64,000 bases of DNA from contig CM082576.2 in the NCBI GenBank assembly GCA_040954595.2, positions 16,167,028-16,231,027 on the forward strand. Reading direction: 5' to 3'. The number at the start of each line of letters is the position of its first letter. Within the stretch, counting starts at the first letter, position 1. This stretch comes from Balanoglossus misakiensis (lineage: Eukaryota; Animalia; Hemichordata). The notes under the pieces are model-generated. The model did no database searches. It was not told where the DNA came from and saw nothing but the letters and a program-made list of their open reading frames with translations. A program made the position numbers and the translations under genes. This document shows positions 32,601 to 43,830 of the stretch, piece by piece.

Positions 32601-35600
32601 ATTCAACATGAACATTCAATTACTCTAACATTCAATGGCTCTTTGTATTAGGCTATTCCTAGATGACGTTACAATTGCAGAATTTTTTTAACAAACATTG
32701 TGTGCTTTGGAAAATTTAAAAAATGTATGAGTAGAGTACTCTGACATAAAATACACAATGATCAGTTGCCCTGTTTTACTGAAAAAAGTAATATCACATT
32801 GTGTGCACATTGTATGTCATGATGTCCACTGCAGTCCCAAAATAATGGTGAGAATAAAAGGACACACATGCCAGTAACACAATTGTATAATTTTGCACAC
32901 TTACAGTTAATATGAATATTCATTAGTGAACGAAGGGTGTGTTTGGGATTATTTGCATAAAAAGCCTGAGATTTGATTTGATTGATTGGGTGAGTGAGTG
33001 AGTGAGTTGTTGTTGTTCATTTATTCCTCCTCGAAGTATGAGAAGAGTTACATCAACACATTAAATTACAGAGGTACTGAGGGAAAAAAAGTCAAAATAA
33101 TACTAAATTATACAGGAAGGCTTCTGAGTGAGTGAGTGAGTGAGTGAGTAACACTCTGACTGACAGACATGAAATATTCGTAAAGTTCTCCGCTGCTTAG
33201 AATCTGATAATGCCACTTGAGTGCATTTGCAGAATTGACAAGGCTATGATTTATGCTGTGTCATGTTAGATAATAAGCAAATGAGTGTTTTTATCATCAT
33301 GTCTTGGAGCAAGATTTATCACTCAAACAACTGCTTCTACAGTGAAGACTTTGTTCGTAAAGGGACAAAGTCTCTCTCTCGCTGTACTTTTTACATTAAT
33401 TATGAATGATATAAGACACCGTTTAAGTTGATGTACATGTGGATATATAGTGAATCAATGTTCGACCACACACAACTTCCATCCCGTTTGTAGGATATGA
33501 GATTAAAAATCTCGCCCAAGTGTCTACAAGTGGGATTGAAGTTGTGTGAGGTTGAATGTTGATTCACTATATATCCACATGTAGAATAACATAAACATTG
33601 TCTTGTATCAAACATAATTAATGGGAAAAGGGCAGCGAGAGAGAGACTTTGTCCTTTTCCAGCAAAGGACACCTTTCAAGGTATGTTACACTTACAAGAA
33701 ATCTATCAAGTATTGCATGTCAAACTTACTCTTTGTTGTGGATGTGAATTTCAGATGAAATGTCTCGAAGACCAGATGATCTGGACGTCAACTGTTTGCG
33801 GCTCTGTTTCCAACTCTATCAGCCACATCCGGAATTTCCAGATTCCATGTCCCTTGTTTCGCAGCCTGTCTTGTCAAATCCCATCTTTGATAAAAGTAAG
33901 TCATATATGGGGGTCACACACACACACCATTAAGATGGTTCTTAAGCATCTCTGATCAGATATCCCGTCTTTAAAACACGTGTGGACGGTGTATAGTGGT
34001 TCTGAAACGGCTTAGATTTGAGACGGCTTTGCCGGCCAGACCTGACCGGTGTAAGGATTAACACCTCTCTGCAACTCATAGTCTATGGGACCACATACCC
34101 TAGAAAATGGGACCGAGCCTCAGTGCCTATACATAAACTTTGTGTGTGTGTTGACACAACGCGACTCAAAGGATTAATGCTCTGTTTTTACCATAGGCAA
34201 ATAGTGTCTCAAATTTTACCCTGTGTGAACCTGGTATTAACCAGTTGTTTGTAATCTGAGGAAAGTTGCTCGACATGCATAAATTTTAGTATTGACCTAA
34301 AATTAAATAAAAGACGTATTCATGTATTTTGCCCATATATGTAGACCTCGAGGTGAGCTGTGATTATTGGGCAGCAAGTTGGGAGGGGAGAGGGGTGGAC
34401 AAATGAATGGACTAAATTGAAAATACTTTACACTTTATTTGTGGACTACAGAAGCAGCTGGAACCTGTAATTTACAAATTGTCCGAATGGATAAGACAAG
34501 TGGAAAAGTGACTGGTGGCGATGAAATCTACATGTTTGTAGAAAAAGTGAAAAAAGGTGAATAGGCTCTTTAATGTGCAGATTAAGAGTTAATCAAACTG
34601 TTGATTTCATTTGCTTTTTCTAGAGTAAGACAATGATTTTTTTATTGTAAGACAACTATACTTAATTCAAAAGCAGCATGCAACAGTGATAAAGCAACTC
34701 CAAAACATAGTTTAGATGTTCACTGTTCTAGTGAAATGCATGTGTTGGGAAAACTAAAACAGGACATCAGAAAGCTTGGTTGTTCGGACTTTAAGTACCA
34801 GTATCTTTTTTGACGTTTTGGGATGTTACCGCTCCGGTTTGGACGAATCAATCTGTGCATCTAACCAAGCGATGACATTAATTAAATATGCCAAAATACA
34901 AAACGCTAATGTGACCTCAAAACCAAAATTGATACATATTCATGAGTTGCATGGGCCGCGAAGGATTTTGTTTCATGTATGATTCGCATACCTGAAGATT
35001 TCAGAATGGTTTCATTCAAAACTGAGTGTTCTGTGCTACAAAGGCCCGCAGGTGTGCCCCATCTTCAGCAATGTTTCATGAGCTTTATTATTTATACAAT
35101 ATTCTAATCTGGTGTATGTTATTTCTGTGCTAGATGACATTGAAATTCGATTTATTGACGGAAAATGGGAGTCCAAAGCAGAGTTTGGACAAAGTGATGT
35201 TCATAAACAGGTGGGTACCTGAAGATTAATTTTTAACTTGTGGTCGGTCGGTTGTTTCGTGCTGTGTTTATGTTTAAGTTGCAAGCCGTGTATTAGATGA
35301 GCCCACCACAGATGATAGCAGATCTTTGAACTCTCTCCAGCATGAGAATGCATGTCAGTATGTTGTGTATGTTTATACCTCTGGATTGGTCATCATTTCA
35401 GTCGTTCCTCCCATAGGAGATTCTTCAGACTGTCAGTTTTCCAGAAAGTGTTTTTTTAGGTAGAGCTATTAATTTAGATTATGTTTTGTTTCATTTTATG
35501 CTGACTTGTAAAATCAATTTTTCTTCATTGTTGGGCAAAAAGTCCTCTAAGAAGCAACCTGTCTAACTGTTTTTGAATAGTTGTTTTAACATACATCGTA

Positions 35601-38600
35601 CCTAGGAATGTTTAAGCAATAACCCCCGCCGCAGGCGGGTATATGCAAGATTTGGGTACAATTCGAGACATATAGCACGAGCCGTCAGGCGAGTGCTATA
35701 TGGAGCGAATTGTACCCAAATCGAGTGTATACCCGACTGAGGCCGGGGTTATTGCTATTATATGATATCAACAACTGTTTTTGTGGCATATCAGTGTAAT
35801 TTTCTTACCGAAATGGCGTCAGAAAGAGAAATTATGATCGTGAACCAACATGGCGACGATGAATGTAAACACGAGCGGCCGCGATCGAGCATTAAACATG
35901 AAGCAGACGACAAAAAGTGACAAGACGGGCATCGCGCGTGGCAAAGTGACAAATATTTCCACAGAGCAGTTCCAAAATAAAACGTCTGTTAATTCAAATG
36001 TATTTTTGTTTTATTTATTTGGTTTAAACACGCGCGACTGTGGTTTAACCGCACATTTTTGCTGCCGTATGCTAGTTCAGGGGCCCATTTTAGCACTGCC
36101 AGCAGTGCATTATGAGTATTTTAGCATCGCTGGATTGAGCTCTCGTCCAATCAGAATTGCGGACGGTAGCATGATATAATATAATCAAATTTATACAACT
36201 GATGACATTTGCAATATTGTATTTTTGGTAGTTGTCATTTTGGTCGAGAAATCTTCTCAGAAACCTATGTCTGATCATGCCGGTTTATATTTTGTTTGAA
36301 GAGTCAATTTGTATGTGCATTTTTTTTATATTTTTAAGGCTATGCCTAAAATCACAGTTTCTGACAAATCCTTGTTTCTGTTTAATTTCAGTATGCCATT
36401 GTGTTCAAGACACCGGCCTATCAAAAATTAGACATTTCCAATCCAGCAACAGTTCAAATTAAGCTCTACCGACCTTCCAACAGTGAATACAGTGATCCTG
36501 TCAAGTTTATATACAAGCCGGCTATCTCAGGTAATTCTTCAGAGGGATACTTGGTTTTGAAATGTCATATTAAAGGGACAAAGTCCCTCTCGCTGCCCCT
36601 TTTCCATTAATTATGTTTGATACAAGACACCATTTATGTTAATGTACATGTGGATATATAGCGAATCAATGTTCAACCACACACACCTTCCATCAAATAT
36701 ACTTAATGGAAAAAGGACAACGAGAGAAAGACTTTGTCCCTTTAAAAGAAGATGACCCTTTTTTTTTTCTTATCTGTGACCATTGCCATAGATGTAAAAT
36801 GAATTCTCTAGGCAATAAAGTTTCAAGAGTGGATGCCAATTAATGACTTAGAGCAATATAAAAGCTCGTATCTTTTTGTTTTCCCGTTACATGCTGTTAA
36901 AGGTTTTATACTTGGGTACATTTTCAGTAAAAGAAGTTATACTTATAACACCATAAAAGTCAAATGGAAGGCCGGAAGAATGATTGCAAACAAGGTTTTG
37001 AAAGACGTTACCAAGATTTACTGTTGTTCATGCACAAATTACAACCCGAAATCACTGATTTTTAGAAGGTCCTTGAAAATGCATGTCATGTGACCACTTC
37101 ATAAAAGATTATTGTCGTTTGTGGAGTGACTGTGGTACTGTACATGATCAGGTTCCTGCTTTTTCAAAAAAAAAACAATCAAAAAACTTCTGCTAGTTCT
37201 GCGCATATATAGTTTATGAAGACTAATGAATAGACTTGGATTTTGTGCAGTTTATGAAGCAATGACTTTCTTGTGTTCCTTGCTTTGTTCTCTGTTTTTA
37301 GATAGCGAAGAAATCCAAAGAAAAAGGAAGAAGTTTGCAAGCTTTGACAAATTTCTTAAGGGGAACCAGCCATCTCTATTCAGAAGTAAGTATCAAACAA
37401 TTGATCCTAGTGGACATTGGTGGCAGTACAGGAGTGTGGTGGTACCTTCAGCAAAGGGCGAGATTGTAAGACCCTGCTCTGTGAAGTCTTCAGATACTCA
37501 GATACAATTTCATTTATCTCACATGTAATGGCATTGGTGTGGCCATTTATTAATAGTCTGAGCTGCCCTGATCCAGTTTAGATTGTACATTTTGCTGTAA
37601 GTACGCTTGTATATACAAAACAATTCTAAACTCTTAACGAATATGATGAATAACCACGTAAGATGAGGTATTTCAATTTATGTGAATACCTTCCCATTTT
37701 GTATGTGGATATATACCCGGGGAGCTTATGAAATCAGTACACTCACATGTATATCTTTATGTTTTCTCTTCAGAACCACTACCAGAACCAGAACTCCTTC
37801 CCAGACCATCTCATTATGTAAGGGAGAGGTTGCCAATGAAAGCTGAACACTCTGCTGATTCCAGTATGCCTATCCCGTATCAAAGAATGAACCATTGGCA
37901 GAACGTCACGGGTCAACAGCAGCGCTTGCCAGCAATGCCCTCTGGAGGTCAACCACCAAACAGACAAGCGTTGAAGAGGCCACTGGAGAATCACGGCGCT
38001 ACCACAACTCAGACAGCACACATGGTTTCTGGGCAAAGGCAGAGCTTTAAGTTTTGTGCCGGAAGAACCGCTGGTATCCCGGGAGAGTATCAGCAAGTGC
38101 CTGCAATGCCACCAGCACTGACAAAGCCACCGGACGAATTCCCGATTCGCAGCGTTCTCGATTTCGCCGAGACGCATTCGGTGCCGGTGATCGGACGGGC
38201 CATGAGCGAAATGCTGGAACGGCGGACGCCTTCGCCTCACGGTTCGCAGAGGGAACAAGGCACGAGGGACGTCAGACTGGAGAGAAAGACGCCCCTTCCA
38301 CACGGCTCACCACGGCCGGCATTCGAAGCCAATCCGTCTTCACCCAGTCATGGCGGCAGCTACAGTCAACAGTCGCCAACCATCGAACCCAGCGCCACCG
38401 AGGACAAGTTCTTCGATCAGATGCTGACCAGTCTGTCGCAGACTCCACAATCATCCCTGGAAGGACTCACACTGGAATCGGTCGATGAATTCTTCGCAGC
38501 CAGCGAGCTCCAGACGAACAACTCGTCCACTCCAAAACAAAACGTCCGTGTCAACCCAGCCCGTAAAGATTTGCAATTTCTACACAGTGATGTTGTGTGT

Positions 38601-41600
38601 GATGGCAGTCCTCTGACTGAACTGGTGGATCCACCATTCACACATGTGGTGAAGACAGACACGGCTTTTCAACTGAACACCGCTGCAGACTTGCTGGACA
38701 CAGGTTCCCTCGACGCACCCAGAATGCACGGCACAGTAGATCAAACGGTGCCCATCAACGATGGCGACATGATCAATCACGTAGGTACAAATGCATTCCA
38801 AGACGAGCAGGTGGTTCCCGTCGCTGGACTCTACCCTACGGTGTCCTCTGTGATCGACCACAACGGCGGAAAGCTAGAAATGTCCGACCTTGGTGTTTCT
38901 TTGGTGGTGCCAGCCAACGCCCTTGCCCCTGGAAGAACAGAGCGCATATCGCTCAGTATCAGCTGGCATAAACCTGACAAACCTGCCTTAGGAGACGGTG
39001 AAGCTTGGATCAGTCCAGTTGTTTGTTGTGAACCCACAGGAATACGGTTCGACACACCAGTTGCTTTGTCTTTCGAGCATTGTCTCAATTTCAAAGACAA
39101 ACATCGAGGGAGGATCAACCTGCAGTGTAGTAATACTGAGTTGGGTAAGTCTTCTTAGTGTATACCATATTAATATATGCATACTTTTATGTGATTATCA
39201 AAGATTTCTTCCCATAAAGTAAAGAAATACATGTAATGTTGAAATGAAATAGGTCAAATAAAATGGATCGTGAAAATGGAGCTGTAGAATAGGAAACAAA
39301 GTATTATTTGTAGGGTAAGTAAGTGGTGTCATTAATAAAAATTTGTTGGGGAAATCTACACTGAACATGATTTTTTCATGCCATGAAGTTGGCAGATGTT
39401 TTCTTGTACATAATGTATGTACATGATGGATGGATGTACCGGTAGTGTGGGGAATCACCATCCAGCAAAATGCTCTAATTTCTACATTTAATAATGTCAT
39501 TAAATTTTACATTTCACGTTGGTTATTTAGTTATTTTTCTTTCATGAATTTGTAAAAAGAAAAAAATAACATTGTTAGAGAGATACAGAAACGTACAGAT
39601 GCTGTTTACAGACATCTATATGTACTGGGCACAGTCAAGTTGGCGTACTTTGGCTATGTGATCGTCTTCATGATATGAAAGCTTTCAGATTGCCGTCAAA
39701 TTCAACAAAAATGGGGAATTTTATTTGTTAAATTCTCATGGTTCTGTATTTTACGTATCACATACAGGAGCTCAAAATAGATGGATGAAGAAATCCATTG
39801 AGGACACAGACGAATGCACATGTCTCGTCACTGAGAATAGATGTGTTGTCATCACGGATCATTTCACAAAGTACGGTTTGAGCGCCGATATGACGGAGGA
39901 AATGTCCAAACGGATCAAAGTTGCAGTCTTCACAGCGCCGATCGAACATCCCCATTCTGATGTCATCCTCAGGGTGTACGCTATTGATAACACAAAAGTG
40001 GCCTATCAGGTGTGTACAAAGATCATGTCTTGCGTATCACGTGTAATATGGATTGTAGTTCACTCATCATTAAGCTTGTGATTTGTGAATAAATAGAACT
40101 AAAATCTCAGCAGAAAAAAAAACATCTCCCTGAAAGAATTCCCTTCAAATCTATATTCTGCATTAAATTTCCAGAAACTCCAACTTTGCGCTTTTTTCTT
40201 CATGTTTTTGTTTTGGGTATAAACCACGTTTTTTGGTTCTACTCTGTACTATATAAACATGAATAATTTCTCAGTATTGGGTTTTTCAACACAGGCCTTT
40301 TGTACATGTAGTAAATAGCATTGTTATTGTTAAAAATTGAATTAAAGTCCGGACTTGAATTCATTTGTCAACAATAACAATGGCTAGAACTCATATACAG
40401 GCTTTGTTGAGAAACAAAAAACTGAATATTTCATAAATCTAACCAGAGTAGATACATGTACTTGGGAGAAAAATACTGGAAAAATAGCCAAAAGTTGAAG
40501 TTCCTTAGAGTCTATCATTGACCATGTGACAGACATTTGCCATGACTGGATCTGACGAATGAAATGATGATTTTCTTGTCCAGGAAATGATAACTGAAGA
40601 GGAACACATGAAAGGGTCACTGGCTGAGGCTACAAAGTATTATCATTTTTTCGACAACCAAACAGACCTGGATGTTATGTTGGAATCTCTTGATGATGGC
40701 TGGCAGTTGGTCAAATGTCAAACGTGCATTGTAAGTACTGTTTTATAATTGCATTGGTCTTACCAGAAAGTTTGACGGAAAAAAAATATGTCAGGTTTTT
40801 GAGATTTCATCCAGCAGAGTTCAGAGCTTGTTTACAACCAAGTCACAAAATTAATTGGAGTTAACTTTTTCTTGACTATCTGGCAGTGAGATGATTGTTG
40901 TGTTCTACAATCTTATCAATCTCTTGCTATTAATACACCCATTGCAAATACTATAGCTTTTAATAACATCTTCCATCACAGGGATAAAATGAGTCAACAA
41001 ACAAGGTGATTGTCACAATGAAACCTTAATAACTATACCAAAAGCAATGGCATTCATTTTCGCGACCATTTGTGGAGTGACCGCGAACAGAAGAAGCACC
41101 AAGTTGAAGAATGGTGATCAAAAAGCTGTGTCACCCTGTAAAATTGGTCTTGCAGTTTTCATCTTTTCTGGTGTATTTACAGTCATTTAGTCTACAGTTT
41201 GTGTACCTACAATGTACCCGGTACAGACATCACAAGTAGCCATAGCAACTGTGGATGTTGCTTGATTAATAGTCACTGAAATGTACTGTGTGTGTTTTTA
41301 TTATAGGCCTTACCTAGAAAAGACATTCTGGAAGGTTTGAAGACAAGCTGTACGTTCCGATTCTCTAACCGCGGAAAATGTTTGCAATTTGGATCCAACG
41401 TCCAAGTGCACCAGAAAAGCAATACCAATAGCCCCATACTCTTTACCATCAGTAAGAGTATAAAGGTATGTTATATTATCACTTAAATTTCAATTTACTT
41501 TATAGTGTTTGTTTTATGAACATACATGTAGCCTCTTTTTTTGAATCAATTGTTTTCTTCATCCACTAGCAGCTGTATGTCCACTATCTGCAACTTTCAG

Positions 41601-42878
41601 CTTTATTTTTTTTAATTCTGTGAATTAACCTTGGTTTCTTGATCTAAAGTGTTAGGCTTCCAAATATAGGCCATGTGTGCACACTCGACATTGTTTTTGT
41701 TTGCAAAATATTTTCAAGTCCAGACTTGAATGCATTTGTAAACAATAACAATGGTCTCTCCAAATACTGTACTGAACTGTACTGTCTGTCTGTCTCTCTG
41801 TCTGTCTGTCCGTCCGTCTGTCTGTCTCTCTGTCTGTCCGTCTGTCTATGTGATGTGTCTGTTTAAAGTGTGCATGTTCATAGGCAGTACTTTATTCAAT
41901 TCATTTGTTTTAAACTTTTATGCGCATTTGCTCATTTTGCTAAGGTTTATTTACTACATCTGACCTGCATTTATTTATTTCCTAACTTTTTAGCAACCGG
42001 AGCAGTTGCCAGTAGTACCCGTTGGAGCAAGTATGATGTATCGTGAATCATCCACTTTAGTGCATCAGCCCTACCCTGTTACTGATGCAGCTGTACAACA
42101 GTCATCATATGCTCCAGTGACACCCCAACTGAGACCTGTCAGAAGACCCGTGCTTGCACTGCCAACAAATGAAGCTTCATTCTCCTCCGATTCTGGCATG
42201 GAGTCGTCGCTGGCAAGTCTGTCTTTCTCCCCGGATGATTTAAAGAATGTCATCCCGTTCGATGTCAAACAAAAGCTGAGCTTGCTGTTAGACCCGATAC
42301 GCGACCCCACTGGAAATGATTGGCGCATGTTGGCGTCGAAGATGGGGCTCAGCGCGCTCATCCCGAACCTGTCAATGCAGCGGAGCGCAACACGGTCACT
42401 GCTACTGCACTGGGAAACAAACCACGATCCCAGTGAAAATCTGCACGAGCTTATAGGGATGGTTGAAGGTATAGGCAGACCGGACGCGGCAAGGATCCTT
42501 AAGGAGTACGATCAGCTACAGCAAAGACAAAGAAACACTAGCAGTCAGAGTTTACCCGCCCTTGTAGCTCCCGACTCTGTAGATGGTGAGTGTGTTCTGA
42601 CAGCGAACAGTTCTGCTCCCGATTTGCTTAATGTCAAAGCTTGTAATCTGACCACACCGGACATTCACCAACTCTCCTCTGATGTCAATCGAAATCCTGC
42701 TGCTAATGTGACTGAAATGACCGGAACAGTTCAACATACACACGAGCAATTCCCAGAATCCGGGGATCTGCTTCAGGCTTTGAATGAGAGGTGTAACCGC
42801 ATCCAAAATTCGCAAATGACAGACCATCGAATTCTGGCCCAAAGATCAGGGTCTGATGAAACTAATGAAAATTTCTAG
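29636..42878 (+). CDS. Rel/NF-kB family transcription factor fused to ZU5-UPA-Death domains (~1250 aa)
   Basis: 13 phase-compatible GT-AG exons: 29636-29797, 31077-31225, 32494-32585, 33755-33895, 34452-34556, 35134-35210, 36392-36530, 37302-37385, 37774-39144, 39768-40009, 40584-40730, 41307-41465, 41994-42878. Total 3753 nt = 1250 aa + stop. RHD motifs: EQPHARKLRFRYKSEGETAGSI, PHPYSLVGKDCKDGVC, LRLCFQ, VLSNPIFDK. IPT motifs: GGDEIYMFVEKVKKDDIEIRF, DVHKQYAIVFKTP. NLS RKRKK, followed by ZU5, UPA and a death domain. The exact start is uncertain because the frame is open back to the acceptor at 29607. Confidence 0.9.
30529..30715. mobile_element. MITE family D
   Basis: TTAA|AGGTATACTGTCACCT...AGGTGACCATGTACCT|TTAA. 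Confidence 0.72.
32251..32428. mobile_element. MITE family D, left end eroded
   Basis: Same body as 30529-30715, ending AGGTGACCGTATACCT|TTAA. Confidence 0.68.
33361..33655. mobile_element. MITE family A
   Basis: AGGGACAAAGTCTCTC...GAGACTTTGTCCTT in Rel intron 3. Confidence 0.75.
35615..36180. mobile_element. Unclassified element beginning with a ~145-bp hairpin
   Basis: AGCAATAACCCC...GGTACAATTCG...TATAGCAC[GAGCCGTCAGGCGA]GTGCTATA...CGAATTGTACC...GGGGTTATTGCT, then a CpG-rich body. The right boundary is approximate. Confidence 0.5.
36574..36741. mobile_element. MITE family A, internally deleted
   Basis: TTAA|AGGGACAAAGTC...GACTTTGTCCCT|TTAA. Confidence 0.75.
38841..41465 (+). other. ZU5 and UPA domains (UNC5/ankyrin/PIDD type) of the Rel gene
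   Basis: ZU5: VIDHNGGKLEMSDLGVSLVVPANAL...ISPVVCCEPTGIRFDTPVALSFEHC...W...VVITDHFTKYGL. UPA: KRIKVAVF...ILRVYAIDNTKVAYQEMITEEEHMKGSLAEA...DLDVML...GWQL...SCTFRF...VQVHQ. Confidence 0.87.
42246..42509 (+). other. Death domain (UNC5/p105-like) of the Rel gene
   Basis: IPFDVKQKLSLLLDPIRDPTGNDWRMLASKMGL...SATRSLLLHWE...LHELIGMVEGIGRPDAARIL. Confidence 0.9.
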
Positions 42879-43590
42879 TCCCCATGAACAAAGTGTAGAG
42901 AGGACTTGTGGATTTCCGTTGGCCTGTCTGTCCATGCGTCCGTCCATCTGGAGTCATATTACACAGACATGCCCAGACCAAGTATCATTCACACTTGGTA
43001 CACGGGCAGTGTACTATCACATATAGATGCAGGTCAATCCAATATGGCTATCGGGTAGCCATTTTATTATAATTTTTGCATGTCTTGATCTATTACTTGG
43101 ACGAGCCGTAACTGATTCTATGTCATGTCAATTTCTGTTGCTATACAATCCAGTGTGACCACTGGATGATCATGTTGTTGTGATATTTTCACGTCTGGAG
43201 CTAATATGCGGATATGTTTGAATACACTGCATTCAGACTTGGCATAAAGGACAAAGGGCCATGATGTACATAGATAGGCATATCAAATTATGGTGTGGTG
43301 TGATCCAATATGGCTGCTGGATGGCCATTTTGTAACATTTTTTTTTCATGTTAAGAGCCATTATGCAGGCATGCCTGAACTCTTCTATTTTCAGCAAGAT
43401 TTTTTTTGTCTTTTTCTTCACTTTCGGTCAAAAGAGTGTTTCTCAAAATGCCTGATTTCTTTGAAACATGATGTAGAGGTGTGCAAGGATGCTGTCTTCA
43501 AGATTTGGTCAAATCATGACAAAATTAATGCATGTAATTATTTTTCAGGATATTTTTTTTTTCATTTTTGTGTGACATTTCATTTATATA
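42874..43590 (+). mobile_element. Degenerate Helentron/HINE-like non-autonomous repeat starting at the Rel stop codon
   Basis: tttctAGTCCCC...AGGACT short hairpin, then gtcc/gtct microsatellite-like tract, then internally repeated CCAATATGGC...CCATTTT units. A similar opening occurs at 30165-30250. Confidence 0.4.
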
Positions 43591-43591
43591 G

Positions 43592-43830
43592 AGGTGCCTC
43601 AGAAGGCTATCTGCGACCAAAAGTGCGAGTCGCACTTTTGTGGCAAGTCACTATCTGTGAGTGTCTATAATGGTATCTGCAACTGGTCGCACATGGTATC
43701 TGCGACTGTTGCTGTGTTGTACGACTCTCAAGGTTTATTAGAGATATAACTATACAATTTGCGTATTCTTCCGTTCCTCTCTCGATCTCAAATAAAAACT
43801 AGCGGTCGCAGATAGCCTTCTGAGGCACCT
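43592..43830. mobile_element. MITE with 27-bp terminal inverted repeats (possibly hAT)
   Basis: AGGTGCCTCAGAAGGCTATCTGCGACC ... GGTCGCAGATAGCCTTCTGAGGCACCT. Confidence 0.75.

Larger units (their letters stand above)
29636..37385 (+). other. Rel homology region (RHD DNA-binding + IPT dimerisation + NLS), exons 1-8 of the Rel gene
   Basis: Motifs as listed for the gene. The AGSI signature points to the Rel (RelA/c-Rel/Dorsal) subclass rather than the p50/p52 HGGL type. Confidence 0.93.

Noticed and set aside
37779-39182. Antisense and alternative-frame ORFs over the large Rel exon (also those over 53711-54330 and 57350-57951)
   Set aside because: Shadows of GC-richer coding sequence with no recognisable motifs.
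37728-42878. A separate UNC5-like netrin receptor gene
   Set aside because: No signal peptide, Ig, TSP1 or TM exons. The large exon begins at a phase-compatible acceptor (37774) continuing the Rel frame.
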